In this document: in pieces, positions 38,282-48,465 of the stretch
How the letters are laid out: every line of letters begins with the position of its first letter
Numbering within the stretch: position 1 is the stretch's first letter
From: Candidatus Saganbacteria bacterium
Lineage (GTDB): Bacteria; Margulisbacteria; WOR-1; JAPLLA01
Length of the DNA: 64,000 nt
Reading direction: 5' to 3'
NCBI GenBank assembly: GCA_026387795.1
Contig: JAPLLA010000019.1
Span: forward strand, 2,972-66,971
The notes under the pieces: model-generated
Told to the model about the DNA's origin: nothing
The model's database searches: none
What the model saw: the letters and a program-made list of their open reading frames with translations, nothing else
Position numbers and translations under genes: made by a program

Positions 38282-41200
38282 GCTTGGCTTTGTACTTCCC
38301 TTTGTAATTCAGACAGATTAAACGATAAATGCGGACGCCAGATAAAATTAAATCTTTCTACTGCTACGAAATAGCTTATCTCTTTATCTCCAATCTTGCC
38401 GGTAAACCTGCGATAGGTATCGGACATAGACTTAAAATTATAGATATGGGTATTGCGGTCAAATAATTCCGGATGGTCTGCTGCAGTCCAGCCAGAAGCA
38501 ACGCTTTCTACGGCGGAGCCAAGATACCTGGCATTGGGGTTTGCATCATCGTATTGGCGATTGGGATCTGCCAGATGAGTCATTGTGCCGCTGTCAAAAG
38601 GATCAAACATTACCCATTCGTGTGCACCGGATAGCATGCCTGGAAAGTGAGCGGATTTTTCAGCAAAACCCATGTAAACAGCGCTTCTGATCCCTGCTTC
38701 CTGGTAAGCCATTTGCAGTACCGGTGAACGATGCCTGCAACATCCGCCTTTTTTCATGAAAAAAGCCTGAGTTAAAAATTGCCCAGTTTGGCCTTTTTCC
38801 CTGGATTGCTTATCTGAATATGAAATGTGGAGCTGCTCGAAAATGTTTTTGGCTAAGCCGACTACGTGGTCAGGGGCATTTAATAATCCCGCGGCAAGGC
38901 GGGAGATTGCTTCTTTTTTTGCGGCTATCACAAATTCAAAAACAACAGAAGGATCTCCTGCGCTGTCTTTTTCCCCTTTGTTTATCCCTGCAACTTCACC
39001 GTGTTCCAGGGGTTTTCCCAATTCTGCATTGAGTAGCGCAGGAGAACAGTCATGTTGGCGCAGGAATGGGTTGTCAGCCACTTCCCCATATTTGTCCGGA
39101 GTGATTTCTGCTGCAAGCGTTATTTTGTGCCCATTTGGAAACAAAGCTGCCTCGATTTTTGTTCTGGTTAACATGGTTCTGCGCACTGCCTGGTCAAATT
39201 GTTTTTCTGCTTGAGGGGTAAGCCCGCCGACTTTTGCTTTCCAACCAAGGAGTCCTCCGGTTTTAGTTTTTGGCAGAGAAGCATATAAATCAGCCAATAC
39301 CTGATTTTCCGCGCGGATGCATGCAAGCGGGTCCCTAAGGTAAAGTTCTACATAAGTGTAAAAATCACTTGCAGTGGCAACGCGCATTACTCCGCCGGAA
39401 GCTTTGGGCATGGCCAGGCCACTGACCTCATCCGGTGTAAACTTTCCAAAAAGCTCCCCCAGTAAAACTGCTTTTACACTTTTTACCGGACGGGGCGCAA
39501 GAGCTGCTGCTTGTGCAACTACTCCCAGCAGGCCGTGTAACTTGCCCAGATATTCTTTTTTGTAGTTAGCTACTCTGGCAATACCCTTCCCACTGGTTAC
39601 ATATGTTTTTATCATTTCTCTCATTTTTAGCAAGGTATCTGGTTCTTTTGTAAGCAGGCCAATGAACTCCGTAAGATTTTCTGCAGTTAAAGAGACCGCA
39701 GCCAAAGTTGGGTGAGAGAAAGAAACTTTCCCGCCGGGTCTGTTGACTTTATGCGGGAAGAGAGAGCTAAACGCAGTGTTAAATGCTTCGGGATCACTAT
39801 GCCACTGCAGGTATCCAAGAATAATCCGTCTTAAAACTTCATTTTCAGGTGTATTTAATGCTGCCACAATTTGGGTTTGGGCAGCAGCAACTTTTGCTTC
39901 TATGGCAGCCCCGATTTTGGCGATGGCTGCTGTGCGGTGTTCAATTTTTTCTCGAATTTGTGCATTTGCCGGATCTGCCTGGGCTGCTGTTTCCCAAAGT
40001 GCACAATACTGCCGTAAGGCGGATAAAGCGGTAAAAAGATTTTCCAGGGAGTGCATTCTTGCCAGTTCTGCGCCGCTGGTTGAGATTGCTATGCCTTGAT
40101 TAAAAATAGCCCTAACTACATCCTTTTTGTCTCCTTGCTGTGCTTGCAAATCCGCTTCTGCTTCTTGGGCTGTTTTAAGAGCGCTTTTTTGCGGCGGCGT
40201 AGGAGGTTCCGGGACAGAAACTCTGGTGTGTTTATAAGCAAAAACAGAGACATTGTCCCCATGTGCACCACCGTTTGCTCTCATTGTTTCTACAGAGGCC
40301 TGGTAAATGTTTGCAGCTAAGTCAACTAAAGAAGATGTGGGGTCCAGCAGCTCAACAAAAGAAGCAAACTTTTCTTCTCCGGGCTTTTTTGAGGCAGCGT
40401 TAAAAGGAAGGTTGTCCCGCGGACCGTCAGTCATTCCCAAGACAATATCCCCTTCTTCCAATTCGCAGGTAAAAACATGCGGAGTACTGTTGGTTTGGCC
40501 CAAGGCTCTCAAAATTATGTGATTATTAGGAAACCCCCTAAAAATTTCATGATATTCTCTTAGCTCTTCTCCGCCTATGGGTTGGGTAGGGTAATCTCCT
40601 TTATCCATTTTATATCCTTCAACGGCTAAGTTGTCGTCGAACGACACTTGATGCAAGGTCCCGTTTTGTTTAAGGACATAAACAGGGGCGTCACCTATGT
40701 TAACTACAGTTAAAGTATTTCCGCGGACCTCGTAAGCAGCAACAGTACTTCCCATTCCTTTTAAGGTTTGTTTTTCCGGCCTTCCGTCTAAAGCTGCAGC
40801 AGCAAGATCTTTTTCTACTTCTTCCAATATTTTTGCTTGAGCCAGTGCAATACATTCTTGCAAAGTTTTACCTTCGCCAAGAGCTTTGGAAAAAACCTCT
40901 GCTGCTATGCGGCTGGCAACTTCTCCCCCTGCGTGTCCTCCCATGCCGTCAAAACAAACAAAAACCTTCCTTTGGGCATCTTCATAATACAAAATAGCAT
41001 CTTCGTTTTTTGCCCTTGCTCCAATGCTGGTGAGGCCGTGTATGTTTTTCCCTGGGAAAGTGATGACCCCTTCTGCTCCGCCCGCGTAAAATTTTACAGT
41101 TTGTACTGGTGCTGCTTCTTTCTGTGCAATGACTCGGTCCAAGTTTTCCAGTGCTTTGGTTTTGGCGCCCGCTATGTCTACCATAGACTGTAAAAGTGCG

Positions 41201-44184
41201 GCGTCTTCCGGAGAGGTAAAAATCCGTCTTCCTTTTTCTAATGCTTTGGTCCAAATTCCAAGTTCTTTGTCAACTAGAGAGCGGGTGATCCTTAATTGGT
41301 CCAATGTTTCCTTGTTTAAAGCCTCTAAATTTCCGCTTCCAGCAGCAGCAATGCTTACAGCTGCAGCTGTATTCATCCCTACGGTTCCACCTGGTCCTGT
41401 AACCAGGTAAATGGGATCTATTTGTTCCAGAGCTTCTTTATGTAAGCGGCGGGCCAGGGCTTTTTTGGTTAGGCTTAAAGCAGTTCTGGCATGTGCTACT
41501 TCTGCTTCAAAAGGTTTTTCATGTGGGAACCTAGCATTCGCTCTTTCCCAAATAGGAACACTTCTGGCAAAACCATCCAAGACCCCTTCCAAGGCAGCCA
41601 CATCCCAGCCAGTAGCCAAAGCAGCAACCCGGTCTGTTTCCGATGCATGCTGTCTAATGATATTTCTTATATGTCCGTCAATTTGGCGATGATGGGTAGT
41701 GGACCAGGCACGTTCTTGATCTCCTTCTGCGCTTGTTCTGGCAGCGGCAACATCATCTTTTCTTAATTTAATCGCTTGATTAAGGGCCTCCAAACCTTCC
41801 CGTTTTCTTTTTGCCAGTTCCCCAAAAGGGTGGTCTGGGGAAAAAGCAGCATCCGCACCCTGCCATAGCCGCAATGCTTCTCCCATGCGATGGCTGGTTT
41901 CTTCTAGGATTGCTAAACTGGTATCATTGGTTGTTCTGGGGCCGTTTTCCATGCGGTCTCTGATCCGGGTCCAAGCAACACCTGCGTCGGTATTTGGAAA
42001 AAGATCTGCTTCGGCTTTTTCGGTTTTTCTTTTTGCATTAGCAAATACAGCTTCCTTTTCTTCTATAGCAGTCCCTAATATTATTCGAGCGGTTTTAAGG
42101 TTTTCGGTTTTTTTGGAAGCTTCACTGCTTTCCGGGAATTCACTGCTAAGCGGTTCCCAAACCACCAAGATATCCCCTAAAATTTTCTGAGTAGCCTGAA
42201 GCAGTGCTAAAGAAGTGTGGTCCAAGAATTCAGGCTGTTCCAGTGCCACTCCATAGGTGTCTTCTACTTCCTCGGGAGCATAACCAGTTGCCATTTTCAA
42301 TATATCATTTTCTGCTTTCCTGGCCAGGCTCATTTGCCTTTCCATGTGTACAACTGCAACTCGTTGTTCCAGGATCCTTAGTTCAGCCAACTGTGCGTTG
42401 ATGGGGATAGTTAAGTCCGGCTTTTCAATAGACAATCTTTCCCAAAACGCAATTCTGCTCCTTAGCCAAGAGAGGGTTTGAGCTACTGTTCTGTAACCTT
42501 GTTCTTCCTCGATCCCGGCTGCCCTAAAAGAAGGCGGGAGGGGAGCAGTATTAGCAGGATCCCTTTTCCATTCCAAATAAGTCTTTATATCTGCATGCCT
42601 GGCCAGAAATTCCGTTTCTTGTGCCTTGTGGAATGCAACCGGGTCATTGGTCCTCCCGATTTTTAAGTCAATTATTTTTTGAAGTTCTACAAGGGCCCTG
42701 GCATAACCCTCAATTTTATCTTGTGCAAAGGCTGGGTCGTTTAAACTGGTTCTGGCAGTTTCCCATGCAGCTTTTAGTGTTTGGGCTTTTTCATAAACTG
42801 CTTGGAGTTCGGGAAGAGAATAGGCTGCTAATTCATCGGGATTTTCCCTTGCGCTGGTCATTACAGTGCTAAAATGCACTGGCGGTTCTGCCCCCAATAA
42901 TTCCCCGATAGTTCTACTTTCTTCCGCTACTAATTTGGCAAAGGTCAAAACTTTTTTATCACTCTTAGCTGTTGCCAAGGCGTGTTGTAAAACAGTCATG
43001 CGAAGGGAACTTTTAGGATGATTAACTTCTGCGGCAAAGCTTTGCCAGCTTGCAATGTGCTCTCCCAGAAAAGTTAAAACTGATTCTATAGCAGCCAAGC
43101 TATCTTCGACTGCTGCCAGGTCCCTAAAACTTTCCGGTAAATCACGTGTTGCTCCGGGTTGCGTTCTTGCGGCCAAATATTCCTGGGCTTTGCCAGAAAG
43201 AGCTGCAATTACTTGGGCTTCTTCTCTAAGCTTTGCTTCATGTAAGCTTTGTTTTAGTTCCCCAATTACGCGTCCAAGGGTTTCCAAGTCCGCGGTGTAT
43301 TGAGCGTGAAGCTCTGTCCCGTCTTCCAAAAGAGGGAGTAGTTCTTCGCGGACCAATCGTTCTGCTTCAACCAAGGTTTTTAGGTCTGCCAAAGTGGTAC
43401 CTGCATACTGCCTGGAAACAACCATAATTGCAGCAGGGGAGATGCCCAGCAGGTCTTGTGTAGCAGTCCCCAAAGTTTCTCTTAAAGCATCAATCCTTGC
43501 TCCTTCTTCTTGCACTTCCCTTCCCAGACGCGCGGAAGATTCTCTTAACTGCCGTGCTTGTTCTTCTAACCCCGGAAGATTTGCTTCTCTTTCTGCTTCT
43601 ACCAGTGCTCTACGCATGTCTTCTACTGGTCCCATAAGTACAGCTTTGAAAGCTGCCAAGGAATCCCTGCATCCTTTCAAAGCAGCAGTTAGGTCTCCTG
43701 CTTGTTCTTCTCCTTCTCTTTTTGCTCCTTCTAACTCATCCTTACCTGCTTCTTCAAGACCAGGAGTTGTAAGCGCGCCTAAAACAACAGCAAGCGCATT
43801 ATTTATACCGCTTAAGGCAGCATTTAACTCAGTAATTTGAGCACTTAAATCTTTTGCTTCTGCATTGGCGTCAAATTCTTGCAATACCCCTGATTCTGCA
43901 TTGGCAATGGCGCTTCTCTGAGCTGCCAGTTCCCCGCTTTTTTCTTCTATTGTTCTTGCTGTTTCTTTCAAAGAAGCGGTGGCTTGATCTGCCAAGGGGC
44001 GTTTTTGTTCCAATGAACCTGTGAGGGTATCGATTTCTTCCCGCGCAGAGATTACCTTAAGCCAAGCAGCTTGAAAAGCAGAGACCTCTGCTGGTAATGT
44101 GGGTCTTATTGTAGGTTTTTGATGAGAACGAAACAGAACGAGATCGCCTGTTCTTATTAGTCCTCTTACACCGGGACTCTGCAT
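38278..44184 (-). CDS. giant multidomain protein (1968 aa): shared N-terminal paralog module, PP2C-type phosphatase domain, C-terminal transglutaminase-like Cys-His-Asp domain
   Basis: the first ~600 aa are collinear with the 585-aa and 723-aa neighbours; FVCFDGMGGHAGGE, NIGDAPVYV and LGMTDGPRDN are PP2C motifs (DNA ~40190-40950); C-terminal GGCCRHRS...GAHEWVMFDPFD fits a transglutaminase-like Cys/His/Asp core (DNA ~38480-38760). Confidence 0.7.
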   Translation of the reverse strand: MQSPGVRGLIRTGDLVLFRSHQKPTIRPTLPAEVSAFQAAWLKVISAREEIDTLTGSLEQKRPLADQATASLKETARTIEEKSGELAAQRSAIANAESGVLQEFDANAEAKDLSAQITELNAALSGINNALAVVLGALTTPGLEEAGKDELEGAKREGEEQAGDLTAALKGCRDSLAAFKAVLMGPVEDMRRALVEAEREANLPGLEEQARQLRESSARLGREVQEEGARIDALRETLGTATQDLLGISPAAIMVVSRQYAGTTLADLKTLVEAERLVREELLPLLEDGTELHAQYTADLETLGRVIGELKQSLHEAKLREEAQVIAALSGKAQEYLAARTQPGATRDLPESFRDLAAVEDSLAAIESVLTFLGEHIASWQSFAAEVNHPKSSLRMTVLQHALATAKSDKKVLTFAKLVAEESRTIGELLGAEPPVHFSTVMTSARENPDELAAYSLPELQAVYEKAQTLKAAWETARTSLNDPAFAQDKIEGYARALVELQKIIDLKIGRTNDPVAFHKAQETEFLARHADIKTYLEWKRDPANTAPLPPSFRAAGIEEEQGYRTVAQTLSWLRSRIAFWERLSIEKPDLTIPINAQLAELRILEQRVAVVHMERQMSLARKAENDILKMATGYAPEEVEDTYGVALEQPEFLDHTSLALLQATQKILGDILVVWEPLSSEFPESSEASKKTENLKTARIILGTAIEEKEAVFANAKRKTEKAEADLFPNTDAGVAWTRIRDRMENGPRTTNDTSLAILEETSHRMGEALRLWQGADAAFSPDHPFGELAKRKREGLEALNQAIKLRKDDVAAARTSAEGDQERAWSTTHHRQIDGHIRNIIRQHASETDRVAALATGWDVAALEGVLDGFARSVPIWERANARFPHEKPFEAEVAHARTALSLTKKALARRLHKEALEQIDPIYLVTGPGGTVGMNTAAAVSIAAAGSGNLEALNKETLDQLRITRSLVDKELGIWTKALEKGRRIFTSPEDAALLQSMVDIAGAKTKALENLDRVIAQKEAAPVQTVKFYAGGAEGVITFPGKNIHGLTSIGARAKNEDAILYYEDAQRKVFVCFDGMGGHAGGEVASRIAAEVFSKALGEGKTLQECIALAQAKILEEVEKDLAAAALDGRPEKQTLKGMGSTVAAYEVRGNTLTVVNIGDAPVYVLKQNGTLHQVSFDDNLAVEGYKMDKGDYPTQPIGGEELREYHEIFRGFPNNHIILRALGQTNSTPHVFTCELEEGDIVLGMTDGPRDNLPFNAASKKPGEEKFASFVELLDPTSSLVDLAANIYQASVETMRANGGAHGDNVSVFAYKHTRVSVPEPPTPPQKSALKTAQEAEADLQAQQGDKKDVVRAIFNQGIAISTSGAELARMHSLENLFTALSALRQYCALWETAAQADPANAQIREKIEHRTAAIAKIGAAIEAKVAAAQTQIVAALNTPENEVLRRIILGYLQWHSDPEAFNTAFSSLFPHKVNRPGGKVSFSHPTLAAVSLTAENLTEFIGLLTKEPDTLLKMREMIKTYVTSGKGIARVANYKKEYLGKLHGLLGVVAQAAALAPRPVKSVKAVLLGELFGKFTPDEVSGLAMPKASGGVMRVATASDFYTYVELYLRDPLACIRAENQVLADLYASLPKTKTGGLLGWKAKVGGLTPQAEKQFDQAVRRTMLTRTKIEAALFPNGHKITLAAEITPDKYGEVADNPFLRQHDCSPALLNAELGKPLEHGEVAGINKGEKDSAGDPSVVFEFVIAAKKEAISRLAAGLLNAPDHVVGLAKNIFEQLHISYSDKQSREKGQTGQFLTQAFFMKKGGCCRHRSPVLQMAYQEAGIRSAVYMGFAEKSAHFPGMLSGAHEWVMFDPFDSGTMTHLADPNRQYDDANPNARYLGSAVESVASGWTAADHPELFDRNTHIYNFKSMSDTYRRFTGKIGDKEISYFVAVERFNFIWRPHLSFNLSELQREVQSQA

Positions 44185-44278
44185 TTAAATAACCTTCCTT
44201 TTTCTGTCCTATATATATATCGTAATATTTAGGCAAAAATTGCATTTTTTGACCGATTTTTTAGGGGCAAACGGATGC

Positions 44279-46036
44279 TTAAGCTTGCTGTTTCGCGGTT
44301 GTTTCCAAGGCCCTTAATTCTGTTAAATGCGAATTAATTTTATCGGCTAATCCAGGATTTTCCCAAAGCAAACCTTCCCAAAAAGCGATCCGTTCTTTTA
44401 ACCAAGGGAGCGCTTCTGCTGCTGCTTCTCTTTTTGATTGCTTAGCCACAGAATAAGCAGGGGAGGGTATATAAGAAACCCAATCTTTTGCCAAATTTAA
44501 ATAAGCTTCCATAACCGGGTGGCGGGCCAAATCTTCTGCTTCTTGTGCTTTGTGGAAAGCAACTAGGTCACCAGTTTTTCCGCTTTTTAAATCAATTGCT
44601 TTTTGGAGTTCGGAAAGCGCCTTGGTGTAGCCTTTGATTTCTTCTTTACCAAACTCTGGATCGCCAATCCTGGCTCGCATTTTTTCCCACTCGCCAAGGA
44701 AAGCTTGAACTTTTTCGCAAGCTATTTGGAGTTCAGCAAGGGGGAGCTTTACCAGCCATTCCGGGTTTTTCTTGGCAAAAAACAGAAGGTCGGATAAGCC
44801 GGTGCGAAATTCAGGACACTCAGGATTCAAAAAAGAGAGCCCCTTGCTAGCTGTACCCTCTAGGTCTTTTACTGAGAAAAAGGCGCGTCGTGTTAGATCT
44901 TCTTTTTTGCTTGCTAGCTCCTTTTTTAGACACTCTAAATGAAAGGAGCTCATATCATAGCCTGTCTCTTGGCAAAAAACCTGCCAGATTGCAATCTGCT
45001 TTCCCAAAAAAACTATCTTCTGTTCACATTCTTCCACGGGGTCGTCTATTTTAGGAAGGGCTTTTTTTGCAAGTTCTTCTTCGTCCCACCTTGCTTCATG
45101 TAGTTGCCTCTTTAGGTCTGCCAATGCTATGGCAGCCGGGTCCCTGCCATAAAACATCGATTCCGCTAAAAGAGGACCAATCTCTTCGCGCAGCAATCGG
45201 CTTGCTTCGCGCAAAGTTTTTAGGTCTTCCAAAGCACTTCCTTTATACTCTCCCAATACAACCATAGCTGCAGCAGGGGAGAAGCCTGAAACCTCTTGCA
45301 TAACCAGCGGCAACTCTTTTCTTAATACCGCAAGCCTTTCTTCTGCTTCCCGCACTTCTCTTTCAATGCGAGCATGATATTCTATTGAATCTCGTTCATG
45401 TAGCCACAATCTACGAGCAGGGGAAGTTGCGTCTGCGATTGCCAGTGCTGTGCGCATTTCTTCTACGGGTTTCATAAGTATGGCTTTGAAATTTGCTAAG
45501 GAATCCCTGCATCCTGTTAAAACAGCAGTTAGTTCTCCTGCTTGTTCTTCTCCTTCTCTTTGAACCCCTTCTAACTCATCTCTATCTTTTGCTTCAAGAC
45601 CAGGAGCTTTGAGCGCGTCTAAAACAACAGCAATTGCACCCTTTATGCCTTCTAAGACAGCATTTAAATCAGTAATTTGAGTGCTTAATTCTTGGACCTC
45701 TGGAGTTGCGTCAAATTCTTTTAACGTAGCAGCTTCTGCAAGGGCAATAGCGCTTCTTTGGGATTCAAGCGCGCGGTTGCTTTCATCTACAGCTATGGCA
45801 GTTCTGCCTATTTCCGTAGTAGGCCACCCTTCCAAGAAAGAGCGGCTATGTTCCAAGAATGCTTCCCTGTCCTTTATTTCTGTGCGTGCGGAAAGCAGTC
45901 TAAGCCAAGCAGCTTGGAAGGGGGTAACAGTTTCCGGCAAAAAAGTTTTTATAACAGCTTTTGTAATAGCAGTAGGGCGGTATATGGTAATATCGCTTAC
46001 TCTTCTCGGCCCGCTAGCCACATCTGCACACAGCAT
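44279..46036 (-). CDS. paralog (585 aa) of the N-terminal module of the giant protein
   Basis: conserved segments TPFQAAWLR, SQRSAIALAEA..KEFDATPEVQELSTQITDLNA, LEGVQREGEEQAGELTAVLTGCRDSLANFKAILMKPVEEM, DLVAFHKAQEAE, RIAFWE. Confidence 0.65.
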   Translation of the reverse strand: MLCADVASGPRRVSDITIYRPTAITKAVIKTFLPETVTPFQAAWLRLLSARTEIKDREAFLEHSRSFLEGWPTTEIGRTAIAVDESNRALESQRSAIALAEAATLKEFDATPEVQELSTQITDLNAVLEGIKGAIAVVLDALKAPGLEAKDRDELEGVQREGEEQAGELTAVLTGCRDSLANFKAILMKPVEEMRTALAIADATSPARRLWLHERDSIEYHARIEREVREAEERLAVLRKELPLVMQEVSGFSPAAAMVVLGEYKGSALEDLKTLREASRLLREEIGPLLAESMFYGRDPAAIALADLKRQLHEARWDEEELAKKALPKIDDPVEECEQKIVFLGKQIAIWQVFCQETGYDMSSFHLECLKKELASKKEDLTRRAFFSVKDLEGTASKGLSFLNPECPEFRTGLSDLLFFAKKNPEWLVKLPLAELQIACEKVQAFLGEWEKMRARIGDPEFGKEEIKGYTKALSELQKAIDLKSGKTGDLVAFHKAQEAEDLARHPVMEAYLNLAKDWVSYIPSPAYSVAKQSKREAAAEALPWLKERIAFWEGLLWENPGLADKINSHLTELRALETTAKQQA

Positions 46037-46081
46037 TTAAAAAACCTTCCTTTTAGAGACCTCCGAAAAATTAGCTTTCTG

Positions 46082-46178
46082 AGAGCTGGAAACCTGCGGC
46101 TGAACGCCGCGGTTTCCAGATTTATCTCTAGAGCAACTCATTTTGGAAACCGAGACGTTTAGTCTCAGGTTTCCAAAA
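46082..46178. repeat. REP-like double-hairpin element, copy B
   Basis: GGAAACCTGCGGCTGAACGCCGCGGTTTCC at 46088-46117 and GGAAACCGAGACGTTTAGTCTCAGGTTTCC at 46145-46174; between two paralogous genes. Confidence 0.65.
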
Positions 46179-46209
46179 TCGAATTATTCGGAGCTCTCCT
46201 TTTGTTTTT

Positions 46210-48381
46210 TTATGCTCTTGTTTTTGAAATTGCAGTAGTTAAATTTCTAAATGCGGCTTGTAATTGGTCAATTAAAGCATCAAAAGGCCGGTCCGGATAA
46301 CACTTTTGGTTTGCATTTGGCCAGAGGATGTTTAGGCGCGTAGAAAGAATCTCTCTGGCAAGGACCAGCATAGCTTTTTTGTATTTGCCCAGAGTTTCAG
46401 GAGAGGTTTCTGCTGCAGCGCTAATTTCCCGGAGAAGATCCTCATAATGCTGACTCTCATAAAGAACGTCTTCTTCTGACAATGCCGCATCTCTTGCTAT
46501 TTTAATGTTTTTTTCCCTTGAAGAAATAACTGCGCCAATAGTTCTCATAGCAGTTCCTCTTTTTTCAATCTTTTGGGCAATAATAGTATTTTGGGGATAT
46601 TTGAAGCGAAGGGCTAGCCATAAGCCTGTGCCAAGCTGCAGCATAGAGCGCACAGAGAGCATAGAGTGAAGCTGTGATCCCCGAAATGTTTCAGGACGGC
46701 CAGCTTGAGCCCTGTGGTACATGCCTGTGGTTTTCCCGGGGCAGAAAATGTCTTCATTTGCCTGGTCCATAATTTCTTTTTCCCTGATAATAACAGCAGC
46801 GATTTCTAGTTTTTCTTTAGCCTCTCTTAAAGCAGTTAAGCGGCTGTTGATTTTGGCAATATCTGGGTGAGAGGGATGGGCTGCTACTACTCTTTCGTAT
46901 TCCGGAATACAGGATTCTGTAACTTGCAATCCGCTGTTTATCAGGGTTACCCATGGATCCTGGTATAAATAACTATAATTGCGAGGCAAAGGGCCCTCTG
47001 ACGAGTGATAAGGGGCATCCGAATCTTCTAAATATGCATTATATCCCTGTCCCTGGTTTTGCATAACAGTTTCCAAGTGAGGGACTGCTTCCAGCAGTTC
47101 TTCTTCTGCACAGAGCGCAAATGCTACGGGGTCATCCACTGCTTTGCTTTTTATTGCTATCATCATGTCTAACTTCTCCAAAACAATTTTATAAGTACTG
47201 GTCTTGATCCCTGCAAGGCAAGGAGAATCGATGGCTTTCTCAAAAGCTTTCCATTTATGGAGTAGAGCAGTGATTGTTTCATGGGCGGAATGGAGAAATG
47301 GGAGGGAAAATCTTCCAAACCCGGGATGTTCCGGGTAATGTTCAATACTGCACAAAAACCCAAAATCTTCTTTAACTTTTGGCAGTGCAGCATTTAAAAT
47401 GCCTTCTTCTTCTCTCAATTTTTGGTCGATAAGGGATTGGAATAAATCACGGATTTTACCGCGCAATAAACTTAGGTCCTCACCGTATTGGGTAGAAAGA
47501 ACTGTTCCCAACACTAAAAGAGGGAGAAGCTTGTTCTCAATCAATAGCACTGTTTCTCTTAAGGTTGTAAGGTCCTCGATGGTTTCTGCTGGGTATGTCC
47601 TGTTTAATATCGCAGCAGAAGCAGGGGAGAGAGCAGTTAGATCTCTATTTACTGCAGCTTCTTCTTCTCTTAGCTCTGCCAGCGTTGCCTCATCTGCCCG
47701 GATTTCTGTTGTTCGGTCAGCTTGTTGTCTCTCAATGGTAGCCTTGGTTTCTCTAAGACCGCGTTCCCTTTCTACTAAAGCCGGCTTTTCTGCTTCAATA
47801 GTCTGGCGCAATGTTTCTACCGGTCTCATTAGTACGGTTTTGAAAGCTGCCAAGGTATCCCTGCAGCCTGTCAAAGCAGCGCTTAGCTCTCCTGCTTGTT
47901 CTTCCCCTTCTATTTTTGCCGCTTCTAGCTCGTTTCTATCTGCTGCTTCAAGACCAGGAGTTGTAAGCGCGCCTAAAACAACTGCAGCTGCATCGCGGAT
48001 ACCGTCTAAGGCAGCAGTTAATTCAGCGATTTGAGAGCTTAACTCTTTTACTTCGGAAGTAGCACTAAATTCCTGCGAAGCAGCAGCTTCTGCTTGTGCA
48101 AGATCTTTGGTTTGTTTTTCCAATGCTGCGGTTGTTTCCGTAATTGCGGTTTCGATTTTGGGGAGCAGGACTGCAGCATGCTTGGAAAGGCCAGTTTTTA
48201 CTACTAACATCTTTTCCCGTGCAGAGATTTCTTCTCTTATAAATATTTTCCTGAGCCAGAGGGTCTGGAAAGGGGTTTGGGTTTGGGGCAGGGGAGTGCG
48301 GACCCTTGCTGCTCCCGGAAGCACAAAAGTTCTTATGCTTACTCTTCTTGCAGTTGCTCCATCTACACTGGGTCCGGACAT
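46210..48381 (-). CDS. paralog (723 aa) of the N-terminal module of the giant protein
   Basis: TPFQTLWLR, ...ELSSQIAELTAALDGIRDAAAVVLGALTTPGLEAADRNELEAAKIEGEEQAGELSAALTGCRDTLAAFKTVLMRPVE..., DDPVAFALCAEEE. Confidence 0.65.
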   Translation of the reverse strand: MSGPSVDGATARRVSIRTFVLPGAARVRTPLPQTQTPFQTLWLRKIFIREEISAREKMLVVKTGLSKHAAVLLPKIETAITETTAALEKQTKDLAQAEAAASQEFSATSEVKELSSQIAELTAALDGIRDAAAVVLGALTTPGLEAADRNELEAAKIEGEEQAGELSAALTGCRDTLAAFKTVLMRPVETLRQTIEAEKPALVERERGLRETKATIERQQADRTTEIRADEATLAELREEEAAVNRDLTALSPASAAILNRTYPAETIEDLTTLRETVLLIENKLLPLLVLGTVLSTQYGEDLSLLRGKIRDLFQSLIDQKLREEEGILNAALPKVKEDFGFLCSIEHYPEHPGFGRFSLPFLHSAHETITALLHKWKAFEKAIDSPCLAGIKTSTYKIVLEKLDMMIAIKSKAVDDPVAFALCAEEELLEAVPHLETVMQNQGQGYNAYLEDSDAPYHSSEGPLPRNYSYLYQDPWVTLINSGLQVTESCIPEYERVVAAHPSHPDIAKINSRLTALREAKEKLEIAAVIIREKEIMDQANEDIFCPGKTTGMYHRAQAGRPETFRGSQLHSMLSVRSMLQLGTGLWLALRFKYPQNTIIAQKIEKRGTAMRTIGAVISSREKNIKIARDAALSEEDVLYESQHYEDLLREISAAAETSPETLGKYKKAMLVLAREILSTRLNILWPNANQKCYPDRPFDALIDQLQAAFRNLTTAISKTRA

Positions 48382-48465
48382 ATGAAAGGCTCCTTTTTTA
48401 TATTGTCGTGCGGATTTAGAGGAAATTTCGTTTCCAGCGGTTTTTTTTTAGCGGATTAAAATTAT

